In this document: positions 10,362-20,519 of the stretch, in pieces | How positions within the stretch are numbered: the first letter of the stretch is position 1 | How the letters are laid out: every line of letters starts with the position of its first letter | From: an uncultured bacterium | Lineage (GTDB): Bacteria; Krumholzibacteriota; Krumholzibacteriia; LZORAL124-64-63 | Length of the DNA stretch: 64,000 nt | Reading direction: 5' to 3' | Assembly (NCBI GenBank): GCA_963732385.1 | Contig: CAVSZB010000006.1 | Span: 32,001 to 96,000, forward strand | The notes under the pieces: model-generated | Databases searched by the model: none | The model's input: the letters and a program-made list of their open reading frames with translations, nothing else | What the model was told of the DNA's origin: nothing | Made by a program: the position numbers and the translations under genes

Positions 10362-12827
10362 GTGCCCGCGACCGGCAGTTTTACGGGACGCTCCCGTCGC
10401 CGGACCACGAGCCGACGCGTGGTCGTGGCGGACCGCTTGGCGCGCGGCCTGATCACCGTGGGCGGCATCGCGACCATCGCGCAGGTGCTGACCGTGATGG
10501 TCTTCCTGCTCTGGGTCGCGCTGCCGCTGCTGCGCAGTGGGCGGCTCGACCGCGAGCGGACGCTGCCGGCCGCGTCGGCCGGACCGGCGCCGCTGCACTT
10601 CCTGCTGGACGAGGGGGTGCTGACCGGACGGGCCGTGACGCCGGACGGCCGTCTGTACACCTTCGGGCTCGACGACGGCGGCGCCCGCGGCGCGCGGGAC
10701 CTGTTTCCGGACCAGGAGCTGACGGCGTCCGCCTTTCCCGTCCAGGGCGGCGTGGCCGCCTTCGGCTTCGCCGACGGCAGTGTCCGGCTGGCCACGCTCG
10801 AGGCGGGCGGCGAGGCCGGCGTCGTGCCGCGGGAAGAGCTGCTGCCGCCGGGCGGCGCCGCCGTGCGACGGCTTGGCGTCGCGGCCACCCAGGGTGGCCC
10901 GGTACTAGCCGTGCTGACCGCCGACGGTCGTCTCGCGCGACTCGCCGTGCGCGAGCGGCGCAATCTTCTGACCGGGGCGGTCACGTACCAGCCGAGCGCC
11001 GCGGATCTGCCGTATGTGGCGGGACCGGCCGGCGAACCGGACCGGCTGTTCGTCACCGGCGATGGCCGCAGCGTACTGGCAGTCTGGCGCGACGGCACGC
11101 TGCAGCGTTTCGCCGCGGGGCCGGACGGGGTGCCGGTGCGCGCGGAAACGGACGATCTGACGCCCGACGGCGCCCCCCTGACCGCGCTCGCCTTCATGAA
11201 CGGCGGCGTCACGCTGGTGACCGGAGATGCTCGCGGCATCCTGCGGGCCTGGTTCCTGGTGAAGCCGGACAAGGCGGCTACGCCGGACGGCGCGGTGCTG
11301 GCGATGGCGCACGAACTTCACGGGCCGCGCGCCGCCGTCACCGCGCTCGGCGTCTCCTCGCGCGGGCGGTTGTTCGCCGCCGGTTTCGCCGATGGCGTCG
11401 TGCGGGTCTTCCACGTGACGAGCGGTCGCCGTGTCGCCACGGCGCGCCTCGCCTCCGGGGGCGCGGTCACGGCGGTTGCGCTGGCGCCCAAGGACGACGC
11501 GCTGCTGGCCGCCGACGCGACCGGCATCGCGCTGTGGCATCTGGAGGCCCGGCACCCCGAGGCGTCGCTCGCCGTGTTCTTCAAGCCGATCTGGTACGAA
11601 GGCTATGCGCGGCCGGCGCACGTCTGGCAGTCTTCGAGCGCCACCGACGAATCGGAACTGAAGTTCGGGCTGTGGCCGCTGGTCTTCGGCACGCTCAAGG
11701 CGACCCTCTTTTCGCTGCTCTTCGGAGTGCCGCTGGCGCTGCTGGCGGCGATCTTCACGAGCGAGTTCCTGTCGCCCGCCGTGAAGGCAGGCGTCAAACC
11801 GACAATCGAGCTGATGGCGAGTCTGCCGAGCGTGGTGCTCGGCTTCCTGGCGGCGATCGTGATCGCCCCCTTCACGGAACGCTTCGTGCCGTCGATCGTG
11901 TGCGGATTCGTGACGGTGCCGGCAGCCGGCCTGACGGGCGCCCTGCTCTGGCAGCTGTTGCCGCACGGGGCCGCCGTCCGCCTGGAGCGCTGGCGTTTCC
12001 TGCCGCTGGCGCTGGCCCTGCCGGCGGGCCTCGCGGCCGCAGTGCCGCTGGGCCCCGCCGTGGAGCGTCTGCTGTTCGCGGGGGACCTGAAGCGCTGGCT
12101 CGACGGGCAGGTCGGCGGTCCGGTCGGCGGCTGGATCCCGCTGCTGTTGCCGGCGGCGGCGGTGGCGGTCGCACTGGCGCTGACGCGGCTGGCCGGACCG
12201 TGGCGGCTTCGCTATCGGGACTGGAGCCGTTCCCGGTCCGGTCTCGCGGAACTGCTGCTCACCCTCCTGGCTGGTCTGGCGGCGCTGGCGCTGGCGGTCT
12301 GCGCGGCCTGCCTGCTGGGCGGGTTGGGGCTCGATCCGCGCGGACATGTCATCGGCACCTACGTGCAGCGCAACGCGCTGGTCGTCGGCTTCGTGATGGG
12401 GTTCGCCATCATTCCGATCATCTACACGATCGCCGAGGACGCGCTGTCGAGCGTGCCGGAGCATCTGCGCGCCGCCTCGCTCGGTGCCGGCGCAACGCCG
12501 TGGCAGACGGCGGTGCGCATCGTCGTGCCCACGGCGATGAGCGGCCTGTTCTCCGCCGTGATGATCGGCCTCGGGCGCGCCGTCGGCGAGACGATGATCG
12601 TGCTGATGGCCGCTGGCAACACGCCCATCCTGGAATGGAATATCTTCAACGGCTTCCGCACCCTTTCGGCCAACATCGCCGTGGAGATGCCCGAGGCCGT
12701 GCGCGACAGCACGCACTACCGGATCCTTTTCCTGTCGGCGCTGGTGCTGTTCGTCATGACCTTCGCTCTCAACACCGTGGCCGAGATCGTGCGCCAGCGC
12801 TTCCGCAGGCGGGCGTTCGAGCTGTGA
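10362..12827 (+). CDS. pstC: Phosphate ABC transporter permease PstC, long form with beta-propeller-like periplasmic insert
   Basis: C-terminal 'PLVFGTLK', 'LPSVVLG', 'GRAVGETMIVLM', 'RTLSANIA'; WD40-like repeats in N-terminal half. Confidence 0.9.
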   Translation: MPATGSFTGRSRRRTTSRRVVVADRLARGLITVGGIATIAQVLTVMVFLLWVALPLLRSGRLDRERTLPAASAGPAPLHFLLDEGVLTGRAVTPDGRLYTFGLDDGGARGARDLFPDQELTASAFPVQGGVAAFGFADGSVRLATLEAGGEAGVVPREELLPPGGAAVRRLGVAATQGGPVLAVLTADGRLARLAVRERRNLLTGAVTYQPSAADLPYVAGPAGEPDRLFVTGDGRSVLAVWRDGTLQRFAAGPDGVPVRAETDDLTPDGAPLTALAFMNGGVTLVTGDARGILRAWFLVKPDKAATPDGAVLAMAHELHGPRAAVTALGVSSRGRLFAAGFADGVVRVFHVTSGRRVATARLASGGAVTAVALAPKDDALLAADATGIALWHLEARHPEASLAVFFKPIWYEGYARPAHVWQSSSATDESELKFGLWPLVFGTLKATLFSLLFGVPLALLAAIFTSEFLSPAVKAGVKPTIELMASLPSVVLGFLAAIVIAPFTERFVPSIVCGFVTVPAAGLTGALLWQLLPHGAAVRLERWRFLPLALALPAGLAAAVPLGPAVERLLFAGDLKRWLDGQVGGPVGGWIPLLLPAAAVAVALALTRLAGPWRLRYRDWSRSRSGLAELLLTLLAGLAALALAVCAACLLGGLGLDPRGHVIGTYVQRNALVVGFVMGFAIIPIIYTIAEDALSSVPEHLRAASLGAGATPWQTAVRIVVPTAMSGLFSAVMIGLGRAVGETMIVLMAAGNTPILEWNIFNGFRTLSANIAVEMPEAVRDSTHYRILFLSALVLFVMTFALNTVAEIVRQRFRRRAFEL

Positions 12828-12837
12828 GGAGAGGGAC

Positions 12838-14586
12838 GTGAGCAGCAGGCAGCCCAGGAGCGCCATCGCGGCCGCGGGGCCGCCCGGCGACCGGTCCGCG
12901 CCGGGCGCATCGTCGCCGCGGCGCGCCCGCCGCGACCGGTCGGGCGATGCGCGCCGCGGCGGCACGCTGCTGGCGCGCGGCGAGCCGCAGGTGTGGCTCA
13001 CCGGCGGCGCCCTGGTGACCTGTCTTGCCATGATTCTCGCGCTGCTCGGGCTCGTTCTGGCGCAGGGTCTGGGCAGCTTCCGGGTCCGGCCGGTCGTGCG
13101 CCTGGAAACGACGGCGGGCGCGGTGCTGGGCGAGGTGACCCGGGTGGAGCGCCACCGGCCCGCTGGTGGCGAGCCGGAGACCACGGCGCGCCGCCGGCTC
13201 CTGCGCCTGGGCAATTTCGAACTGACCGGTGAGCACTTCCGCTGGGTGGAGGACGGGATCGTCATCGCGGAAACGCGGCCGCCGTGGGCGCTCGTGGTGG
13301 AACGCACCGCCTGGGGCCGCTTCTACGGCGAACTGCGCGGCCTGGATGTCGCAGGGGAGCCATCCGTGACCGATCCGGCCGCCGCCTGGCGCCGGCTGCC
13401 GGCGCTGCTGGCCGAGGTCGGCCGGCGGCGCGACGCGCGCCGGCGCCTGGAAACCCACGACATCGGGGCGGTGAACCGGCGCATCGAGCGGGCCCGGCTG
13501 CAGGCCCGGACGGCCGAACTGCGTCGGGGCGCGGAGTCGCCGGCCTGGCGCGAGGCGCAGGCCGCCCTGGCGCGGGCGGAGACGGCCGGAGCAGCGGACT
13601 TCGCGCGGATCCGTGCCCGGATCGAGGAGCTCGACGCCCGGAACGCCGCCTTCTCGCTGCTGGTCGCGACCGCAGACGGCGTCGAGCGGCGTCTGCCGCT
13701 GGCGGACATCGTGCGGGTCTGCCCGCCGAACCGGCTCGGCGCGCCGGGGCGGCTGCGGGTATATCTGTCGCGCTGGAGCGAGTTCCTGAGCGCCGGCCCG
13801 CGCGAGGCGAACAGCGAGGGAGGGGTGTTCCCCGCCATCTTCGGCACCGTGGTGATGACCCTCCTGATGTCGCTGGCCGTCCTGCCGCTGGGCGTCCTCG
13901 CCGCGCTCTACCTGCGCGAGTACGCGAAGGGGGGGGCGGTGGTGAGCGCGGTGCGCATCGCCGTCAACAACCTGGCCGGCGTGCCGAGCATCGTCTTCGG
14001 CGTGTTCGGCCTCGGCTTCTTCTGCTACATCCTGGGCGGGGGGATCGACCGCCTGCTCTTCCCGGCGCGGCTTCCCACGCCGACGTTCGGCACCGGTGGC
14101 GTCCTCTGGGCCTCGCTCACGCTGGCGCTGCTGACGCTGCCGGTGGTGATCGTGGCCACGGAGGAGGCGCTGGCGGCGGTGCCCGGTTCGATGCGCGAGG
14201 GGTCCTACGCCTGCGGCGCGAGCAAGTGGCAGACGATCCGGCGCATCGTGCTGCCGCGCGCGCTGCCGGGCATCATGACCGGCATGATCCTCGCCATGGC
14301 GCGCGGCGCGGGCGAGGTGGCGCCGCTGATGCTGGTGGGGGCGGTCAAGCTGGCGCCGGAACTGCCGCTCGACGGCGTCTGGCCGTTCGTCCATGCGCAG
14401 CGCAGCTTCATGCATCTCGGCTTCCATGTCTACGATCTCGGCTTCCAGAGCCAGAACAGCGAAGCGGCCCGGCCGATGGTGTTCACGACCACGCTGTTGC
14501 TGATCGCCCTCATCGGCACGCTCAACGTGGGGGCCGTCCTGTTGCGCCGCCGCCTGCGTCGGCGTTTCCTGGTCAGCCAGTTCTAG
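12838..14586 (+). CDS. pstA: Phosphate ABC transporter permease PstA, long form with coiled-coil insert
   Basis: 'EANSEGGVFPAIFGT', 'NLAGVPSIVFGVFGL', 'ARGAGEVAPL'. Confidence 0.9.
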   Translation: MSSRQPRSAIAAAGPPGDRSAPGASSPRRARRDRSGDARRGGTLLARGEPQVWLTGGALVTCLAMILALLGLVLAQGLGSFRVRPVVRLETTAGAVLGEVTRVERHRPAGGEPETTARRRLLRLGNFELTGEHFRWVEDGIVIAETRPPWALVVERTAWGRFYGELRGLDVAGEPSVTDPAAAWRRLPALLAEVGRRRDARRRLETHDIGAVNRRIERARLQARTAELRRGAESPAWREAQAALARAETAGAADFARIRARIEELDARNAAFSLLVATADGVERRLPLADIVRVCPPNRLGAPGRLRVYLSRWSEFLSAGPREANSEGGVFPAIFGTVVMTLLMSLAVLPLGVLAALYLREYAKGGAVVSAVRIAVNNLAGVPSIVFGVFGLGFFCYILGGGIDRLLFPARLPTPTFGTGGVLWASLTLALLTLPVVIVATEEALAAVPGSMREGSYACGASKWQTIRRIVLPRALPGIMTGMILAMARGAGEVAPLMLVGAVKLAPELPLDGVWPFVHAQRSFMHLGFHVYDLGFQSQNSEAARPMVFTTTLLLIALIGTLNVGAVLLRRRLRRRFLVSQF

Positions 14587-14601
14587 CTGGAGGCGGCCGG
14601 C

Positions 14602-15552
14602 ATGCCGGGATACTCTCGACCCGCAGCAGTTCCCGCCGGCGTCATCGGCGCCGGTGGACCGGAGGTTTCCGTGATGAGCGATGCCAGACCGCCGAGCCCC
14701 GCACCTGCTCCCGCAGCAGTCCCGGCGGGCGGCCGGCTGGAAGCCGCGGCGCGCGGGGAGAACGTGCCCGCGGTCGTTCACGAGAGCGTTGCCCGCGAGA
14801 CCGCGGTGCTCGAGGTGGATCGCTTTTGCCTCTGGTACGGCGCCAAGCAGGCGCTCTTCGACGTCTCCCTCGCCGTGCCGCGCGGCCAGGTGACCGCCCT
14901 GATCGGACCATCGGGCTGCGGCAAGTCGACGTTGCTGCGCTCGGTCAACCGACTCAACGACCTGCTGCCGGGAGTCCGCGTGGCGGGCGACATGCGACTG
15001 AGCGGAGACTCCATCTACGCCGCAGCAGTCGATGTGATCGAGCTGCGCAAGCGCATGGGGATGGTGTTTCAGAAGTCGAACCCCTTTCCGATGAGCGTCT
15101 ACGAGAATGTCGTCTATTCGCTGCGGATCGACGGTGAGCGCGACCGGCGCGTTCTCGACGAGGTGTGCGAGCGCAGTCTGCGGGGCGCCGCGCTGTGGGA
15201 CGAGGTGAAGGACCGGCTGAACGAGAGCGGGCTCGGCCTGTCGGGTGGCCAGCAGCAGCGACTGTGCATCGCCCGCGCGATCGCGGCCGAGCCGGAAGTG
15301 CTGCTGATGGACGAGCCGTGCTCCGCGCTCGATCCCCTGGCGACGGCCCGGATCGAGGAGCTGATGGCCGAGTTGAAGGGCGACTACACGATCCTTATCG
15401 TGACGCACAACATGCAGCAGGCGTCGCGCGCCAGCGATTACACGGCCTTCATGTACCTTGGCCGTCTGATCGAGCACGGTCGCACGGCCGACCTGTTCAC
15501 GAATCCGCGCCTGCGTGAGACCGAGGACTACATCAGCGGCCGCTTCGGCTAG
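14602..15552 (+). CDS. pstB: Phosphate ABC transporter ATP-binding protein (true start may be ~14674)
   Basis: Walker A 'GPSGCGKST', '[13 protein letters not shown]', '[10 protein letters not shown]', terminal 'YISGRFG'. Confidence 0.95.
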   Translation: MPGYSRPAAVPAGVIGAGGPEVSVMSDARPPSPAPAPAAVPAGGRLEAAARGENVPAVVHESVARETAVLEVDRFCLWYGAKQALFDVSLAVPRGQVTALIGPSGCGKSTLLRSVNRLNDLLPGVRVAGDMRLSGDSIYAAAVDVIELRKRMGMVFQKSNPFPMSVYENVVYSLRIDGERDRRVLDEVCERSLRGAALWDEVKDRLNESGLGLSGGQQQRLCIARAIAAEPEVLLMDEPCSALDPLATARIEELMAELKGDYTILIVTHNMQQASRASDYTAFMYLGRLIEHGRTADLFTNPRLRETEDYISGRFG

Positions 15553-15595
15553 GCCGCGCCGCGGCAGCGCCCGGCGGAGGGGAGGACCGTCGCAC

Positions 15596-16273
15596 ATGCC
15601 CAGACATCTGCAGATCGAGACCGATCACATGAAGCAGCGCCTGCTCGACATCGGTGGGGTCGTAGAGGAGGCGTTCCGGCTGGCTGTGCGCGCGGTGACG
15701 GAGCGCGACGCGGCCCTGGCCAGGCGCGTCCTCGACGCGCATGACGTGGTGGATCGCCTTGAGGTCGAGCTGGAGGAAGAGTGTCTGAAGGTGCTCGCCC
15801 TCTACCAGCCGGTGGCGAGCGATCTGCGGTTCATCGTGGCGGTGCTCAAGATCAACAACGACCTCGAGCGGATCGGCGACCTGGCCGAGAACGTGGCGGC
15901 GCGCGCCCTCGCCATCGCCGATGCGACCGGGCTGGAGATTCCCTACGACTTCTCCGGCATGGCCGAGAGCGCGCGGCAGATGCTGCACGGCAGTCTCGAT
16001 GCGCTGTGCGATCTCGACGCCGCGGCCGCCCGTCGCGTCTGCGCCGACGACGACCGCGTGGACACGATCAACCGCGACATGTACCGCCGCATCAAGGACG
16101 CCATCCAGGCTCGTCCCGACCGCATCGACACCCTCCTGCACCTGTTGTCTGCCTCGCGCTATGTCGAGCGCATTGCTGACCACGCGACTAACATCGCCGA
16201 GGACGTCATCTACATGCTCGAGGGGGGCATCGTGCGGCACGGGCTGCAGGAGAAACGGGGCGGCGCGCCCTGA
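15596..16273 (+). CDS. phoU: Phosphate signalling complex protein PhoU
   Basis: 'QPVASDLR', 'DLERIGDLA', 'ERIADHATNIAE'. Confidence 0.95.
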   Translation: MPRHLQIETDHMKQRLLDIGGVVEEAFRLAVRAVTERDAALARRVLDAHDVVDRLEVELEEECLKVLALYQPVASDLRFIVAVLKINNDLERIGDLAENVAARALAIADATGLEIPYDFSGMAESARQMLHGSLDALCDLDAAAARRVCADDDRVDTINRDMYRRIKDAIQARPDRIDTLLHLLSASRYVERIADHATNIAEDVIYMLEGGIVRHGLQEKRGGAP

Positions 16274-16317
16274 ACGGTCCCTCCGGGGGGCCGGTCGGGC
16301 GCGCCGCTGCGTGCGGG

Positions 16318-17223
16318 CTAGCGTTCCAGCAGGAAGACGTCGCCGCTGAAGGTCGTCACGTCCACGCGGGTTTCGGCGTCGCCGAGCGTGAACTTCAGTT
16401 CGCGCCCCGGCGCGTAGCGGCTGGTGCGCTTGCCGCGGGGGCCGAAGGCGTTGTCGATCTCGCCGCTGAAGGTCGTGATCGAGAAGTCGCCAGCCGGCTT
16501 GCTGCCCAAGGCGAGCGAGATGTCGCCGCTGTGGGTTTCGGCCTTCAGGGTGGCTTTGGGCGACAGGGCGCCGGTGAAGTGCAACTCGCCCGACACGGAG
16601 TTGAAGCGCAGGCGATCGACCGCGCCCGAGGTTTTCAACGCGACGTCACCGCTGACGGTGGAGAGCTCGATTTCGCCGCGCGCTCCCTCGACCGTGATGT
16701 CTCCACTGACCGATTCGGCCGCGACATCGGCGCTCGACGCTTCGATCACGATCATCCCGCTGACGGTCTGGGCGGTGATTTCGCGGGCGGCGCCGCGCGC
16801 CGTGATGTCGCCGCTGATGGCGTGCAGATCGAGCAGGCCCGTGACATCGGTCACCTCGACCTCGGCGCTCACCGCTTCGACCTCGACCCGGCTCCCTCTC
16901 GGCACGCGGATTCTCAGTTCGGACCCCTCGACGTGGCGCGCGTGGCGCGGGAGGATCACCTCCACGACGGTGCGCCGGCCCTCGCTGGTGAAGTCGAGCC
17001 TCTCCGCGCCGTCGCCGAGCGTGCCGGTTACGGTGACCTTCGCTTCTGCCCACCCTTCCACGATGATGCTGCCAGCGAGGTTCTTGATCGTCACGGTGCC
17101 GTCAGGCGTGGCCGGCAGGCTGCGGTCGATGTCTTCCTGTGCCTGTCCGCAGGCGGTGATCGCGGTCAAGACGACCAGGGCGGCGGCGGTCAGGGTCAGG
17201 CGGTTGCGGGTTCCGCGGGGCAT
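16318..17223 (-). CDS. DUF4097-like beta-strand repeat envelope protein
   Basis: Signal peptide and repeated '(T/S)VSGD(I/V)' units. Confidence 0.8.
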   Translation of the reverse strand: MPRGTRNRLTLTAAALVVLTAITACGQAQEDIDRSLPATPDGTVTIKNLAGSIIVEGWAEAKVTVTGTLGDGAERLDFTSEGRRTVVEVILPRHARHVEGSELRIRVPRGSRVEVEAVSAEVEVTDVTGLLDLHAISGDITARGAAREITAQTVSGMIVIEASSADVAAESVSGDITVEGARGEIELSTVSGDVALKTSGAVDRLRFNSVSGELHFTGALSPKATLKAETHSGDISLALGSKPAGDFSITTFSGEIDNAFGPRGKRTSRYAPGRELKFTLGDAETRVDVTTFSGDVFLLER

Positions 17224-17274
17224 GGGTCGCTCCTTTCACTCGGACCGGAACGGGCATCGTCCGGTCCCGTTGAT

Positions 17275-18033
17275 TCAGGCCAGCGCGCGCGTCGTCTGCA
17301 GCGTCGCGCGGCGCAGAAGATCGATTCGTCCGGCGTACCCGCTGACGAGCAGGCGCGTCAGCAGCGGGTTGCCCGGTTCGTTTTCCAGGGCGGCGCGCGT
17401 TTCCGCAAGCGCCGCATCGATGGTCCGGAGGCCGCGCAGGATCCCCGCGCCGTCGGCCGCCGAATCGACGGAGTCCGACTCCACGCCACGCAGCGCCGCC
17501 AGATATTCGTCCTGGGCCTGGCTGCTGCCCGATTCCAGGTCGCGCAGGGTGGCGGCCAGGAGCAAATCGGTCGCCACGGGCGCGGTCGGTGCCGCGGCGT
17601 TCGCACGGGGCGCGGCGCGGCCGGCGTCGCGGTCCGGAGCCCGCATCACCAGCAGCAGTGCGAGGCAGGCCGCGGCGGCGAGCCAGCCGGACCAGGCCCA
17701 GCCGGGGCGGAAGTCGCGGCGGGCGGTGGCTTTGCGGGGCAGGTTCCCGCCGGTTGAGGCGGGCGAGGGAGCGGTGCGTCCGGGCTGTTCGCGCGTTGTC
17801 ACCCCGTCGTCGCGGAGCCGGACCGCGATGCCGTCCCACAGATCGCGCGCCGGTTCAAGGGCCGGCGGCAGCGCCGCCGCGCCGCGCAGCAGCGCGCGCA
17901 ACGCCTCCGCATCGCGACGGCAGTCGGCGCACTGCTCCAGATGTTGCGCCACCTCGGCGGCGTGCGCGGGGGCCAAAAGGCCGTCGATCCAGTCGTCCAG
18001 CCGGGCCCTCAGGTTCTCATTCTGGCAACTCAT
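17275..18033 (-). CDS. Zinc-finger (zf-HC2) membrane-anchored anti-sigma factor
   Basis: 'HLEQCADC' HxxxCxxC motif, one TM helix; overlaps the sigma gene by 4 nt. Confidence 0.85.
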   Translation of the reverse strand: MSCQNENLRARLDDWIDGLLAPAHAAEVAQHLEQCADCRRDAEALRALLRGAAALPPALEPARDLWDGIAVRLRDDGVTTREQPGRTAPSPASTGGNLPRKATARRDFRPGWAWSGWLAAAACLALLLVMRAPDRDAGRAAPRANAAAPTAPVATDLLLAATLRDLESGSSQAQDEYLAALRGVESDSVDSAADGAGILRGLRTIDAALAETRAALENEPGNPLLTRLLVSGYAGRIDLLRRATLQTTRALA

Positions 18034-18632
18034 GCCAACTCCTCCCGCAGCAGTCGCCGGGCGCGGTGCAGCTGCGCCTTGCTCGTTCCGACCGCCAACC
18101 CGGTCAGGGCGGCGATCTCCTCGTGCCGGTAGCCCTGTACGTCGAAGAGCACGAACACCAGCCGTGCGCCGGCCGGCAGCGCGGCGATGGCCCGCTCGAG
18201 ATCGAGCGTCGTGCCGGGAGGCGCCTCGCGACCGGGGGCATCCACCAGGCTGAGATCCTCCATCATCACCACGCGGCCGTTGCGCCGCGCCTCCGCGCGC
18301 ATCTCCTCCACCACGACGTTGACGGCCAGCCGGTGCAGCCAGGTGGAAAAGGCGCTGCGCCCCGCGAACGAGGCGAGCTTGCGCCAGGCCCGCACGAATA
18401 CGTCCTGGGTGAGGGCCTCCGCGCGCGGCACGTCACCGGCCAGGCGCAGACAGAGCGCGTACACCCGGCCGACGTGCAGACGGTAGAGTCGTTCGAAGGC
18501 CGCGGAGTCTCCCGCCTGCGCGGCGCGCACCAGCGCCGCGACCGCGAGCGGCTCCGGGCCGCAGGCTGACGTCGGAATCGGCTGAGCGACGTCCCGCGCG
18601 GGGGGCTCTGGCTGTTGCTGTGCGGCGTTCAC
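18030..18632 (-). CDS. ECF RNA polymerase sigma factor
   Basis: 'AEALTQDVFVRAW', 'FSTWLHRLAVN', region 4 'EEIA...GTSKAQLHRAR'. Confidence 0.92.
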   Translation of the reverse strand: MNAAQQQPEPPARDVAQPIPTSACGPEPLAVAALVRAAQAGDSAAFERLYRLHVGRVYALCLRLAGDVPRAEALTQDVFVRAWRKLASFAGRSAFSTWLHRLAVNVVVEEMRAEARRNGRVVMMEDLSLVDAPGREAPPGTTLDLERAIAALPAGARLVFVLFDVQGYRHEEIAALTGLAVGTSKAQLHRARRLLREELA

Positions 18633-18681
18633 GGGGATTTCGCACCTTCGCCGGGGTTCTGTGCCGTTCTCAAGTGAAGCT

Positions 18682-18710
18682 ATGACGGTCGCGGTGGGAC
18701 AAAGGTTTGA
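18682..18710 (-). promoter_or_regulatory. Putative ECF autoregulatory promoter
   Basis: Minus strand reads TCAAAC-N17-CGTCAT, similar to SigW/SigX-type AAC...CGT promoters, ~50 nt upstream of the sigma gene. Confidence 0.5.
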
Positions 18711-18794
18711 CCTGGATTGAGGTTCAGCAGCGCCGTATCCCTGACGCGACCTCGCGCGCGGCGGGATAAAGAGGCCTAATTCACTTCTTTGCAG

Positions 18795-19949
18795 CTACTT
18801 ATGGCTGGTGTCGTCGTCCGCGGGCTCCCGCTTCCGGGGCCCGCTCTCGCCGCCGCCCAGCCAGCCCCGCCGGCGGAACCAGATCAACAGCCCGATGGCC
18901 GTGATGACCATGGCGGTGAGCGCGAGCGGATAACCGAAGCGCCAGCGGAGCTCCGGCATGTTCCAGGGCGAGGAGTCGGGCGCGAAATTCATGCCCCAGA
19001 TCCCGGCCGCGAAGGTGAGGGGGATGAAGATCGTGGAGATGATCGTCAGCACCTTCATGATCTCGTTCATGCGATTGCTGACGCTCGACAGGTAGACTTC
19101 GAGCAGACTGGCGACGATCTCACGATACGTCTCGAGCAGGTCGATGATCTGCACGGCGTGGTCGTAGCAGTCGCGCAGGTAGAGGCGGGTCTCGTCGCCT
19201 ACGAGCGGGTCGGTGTCGCGGCTGAGCGCGCCGAGCATCTCGCGCATCGGCCAGATGCCGCGTCGTACGTTGAGCAGGCTGCGGCGGATGGCATGCAGCG
19301 AGACCACGGCCCCGCGCCCCGGCCGCTCCATGATTGCGAGCTCCATGTCCTCGAGCTGTTCGCCCAGCGCCTCGATGACCGGAAAGTTGCTGTCCACCCC
19401 GGCATCGATCAGCGCATAGGCCAGGTAGTCGGGCCCGGTCGCGCGCAGCCGCCCCTTCCCGCCGCGAATCCGCTCGCGCACCGGCGCGAAAGCGTCGCCC
19501 GGCCGCTCCTGGAACGTGAGCACGAAATTACGCCCCAGAAACAGGCTGACCTGCTCCGACTCGAGTCCTTCCGCTCCCGGATTCGGCAGTCGCAGCACGA
19601 TGTAGATATGGTCCGCGTAGTGTTCGACCTTGGGCCGCTGATGGATGTGCACCACATCCTCCAGCGCCAACCGGTGCAGCCCGAACAGCGTCCCCAGCCG
19701 CCCCACCAGCTCCGCATCCCCCAGCCCGTCCACATTCACCCAGACCACCGGCCACCGTGCCAGCGCTCTTTGCACCGTCTCCGCATCCGCTTCGGCAATC
19801 TCCAGATGCTCGTCGGGCCCGTACGCGAACATACTTACGCTCGGACGCAACGCATCGGCCGGCGGCGTGAGCTGCCCCGGCGAGGTGCCGGGCACGGCCC
19901 GCCGCGGCTGATTACGACGTCGGCGCGTGCGGCTCGTCCTGGCGCTCAT
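18795..19949 (-). CDS. corA: Magnesium/cobalt transporter CorA
   Basis: 'QRPKVE', 'MNEIMKVLT', 'GIWGMNF' (GMN), 'MPEL' loop, two C-terminal TM helices. Confidence 0.95.
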   Translation of the reverse strand: MSARTSRTRRRRNQPRRAVPGTSPGQLTPPADALRPSVSMFAYGPDEHLEIAEADAETVQRALARWPVVWVNVDGLGDAELVGRLGTLFGLHRLALEDVVHIHQRPKVEHYADHIYIVLRLPNPGAEGLESEQVSLFLGRNFVLTFQERPGDAFAPVRERIRGGKGRLRATGPDYLAYALIDAGVDSNFPVIEALGEQLEDMELAIMERPGRGAVVSLHAIRRSLLNVRRGIWPMREMLGALSRDTDPLVGDETRLYLRDCYDHAVQIIDLLETYREIVASLLEVYLSSVSNRMNEIMKVLTIISTIFIPLTFAAGIWGMNFAPDSSPWNMPELRWRFGYPLALTAMVITAIGLLIWFRRRGWLGGGESGPRKREPADDDTSHK

Positions 19950-20519
19950 GCTCAACCTCCGGAAGCAGCTCTGGTCCGCCCTCGAACTGCCCGTGAATAC
20001 ATATCGCGGCGCCGCGCCGGTCAAGCGTTGACGCCCGAGTCTACGGCACCGCAGACGGGCTGAACACACCCGCGAGCACTCCTGCCGCAGATTTTCGGGT
20101 CGGCGGGCAATCCGGTCAGAATGGCGTCAACTCAGGCGGGAGCCGGCGGTGGTCGTGAAGGAGAGAGGGGCGAAGGAGTGGGCCGGGGCAGGCCGGGCAG
20201 GTCTTGGTCAGGAATGTTGAAGGAATGGCCTGCCCCGGGCTGATGGCGACGGCCGTGGTGGAGGCCCCATCGCCACGAGGCAATTCAACAGACGGTCGGT
20301 TTCGCTGTTCCCGAAAAATGCGGCTGGCAGCCTAACTCTGGGGGCTGTACAAACAACGGGGGGAAGGTCAATTCCGGCGCCCAGGCGTGACTCGCTGTTA
20401 CAATCGAGCATCGAGTAGTCGTGGAATGAAGTCGCATGGCTCGACGCATGGGGCCGACTCCCGCCGCAGCATCCGACAGACGCTCATGCCGCCGCGCCCG
20501 CGCCGAAACGAGGTACCGA

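Noticed and set aside
10362..14586. Unusually long PstC and PstA as a novel system
   Set aside because: Long forms with periplasmic inserts are already known in Pseudomonas-type pst operons.
9320..15597. Very long alternative-frame ORFs (e.g. 9320-12841, 12769-15597; also 56210-59884)
   Set aside because: Arg/Gly/Pro-rich shadow frames of high-GC genes that overlap well-supported CDSs.
20330..20404. attC-like GCCTAAC...GTTACAA
   Set aside because: The right box is not GTTRRRY, internal pairing is poor, and there is no integron integrase in the window.
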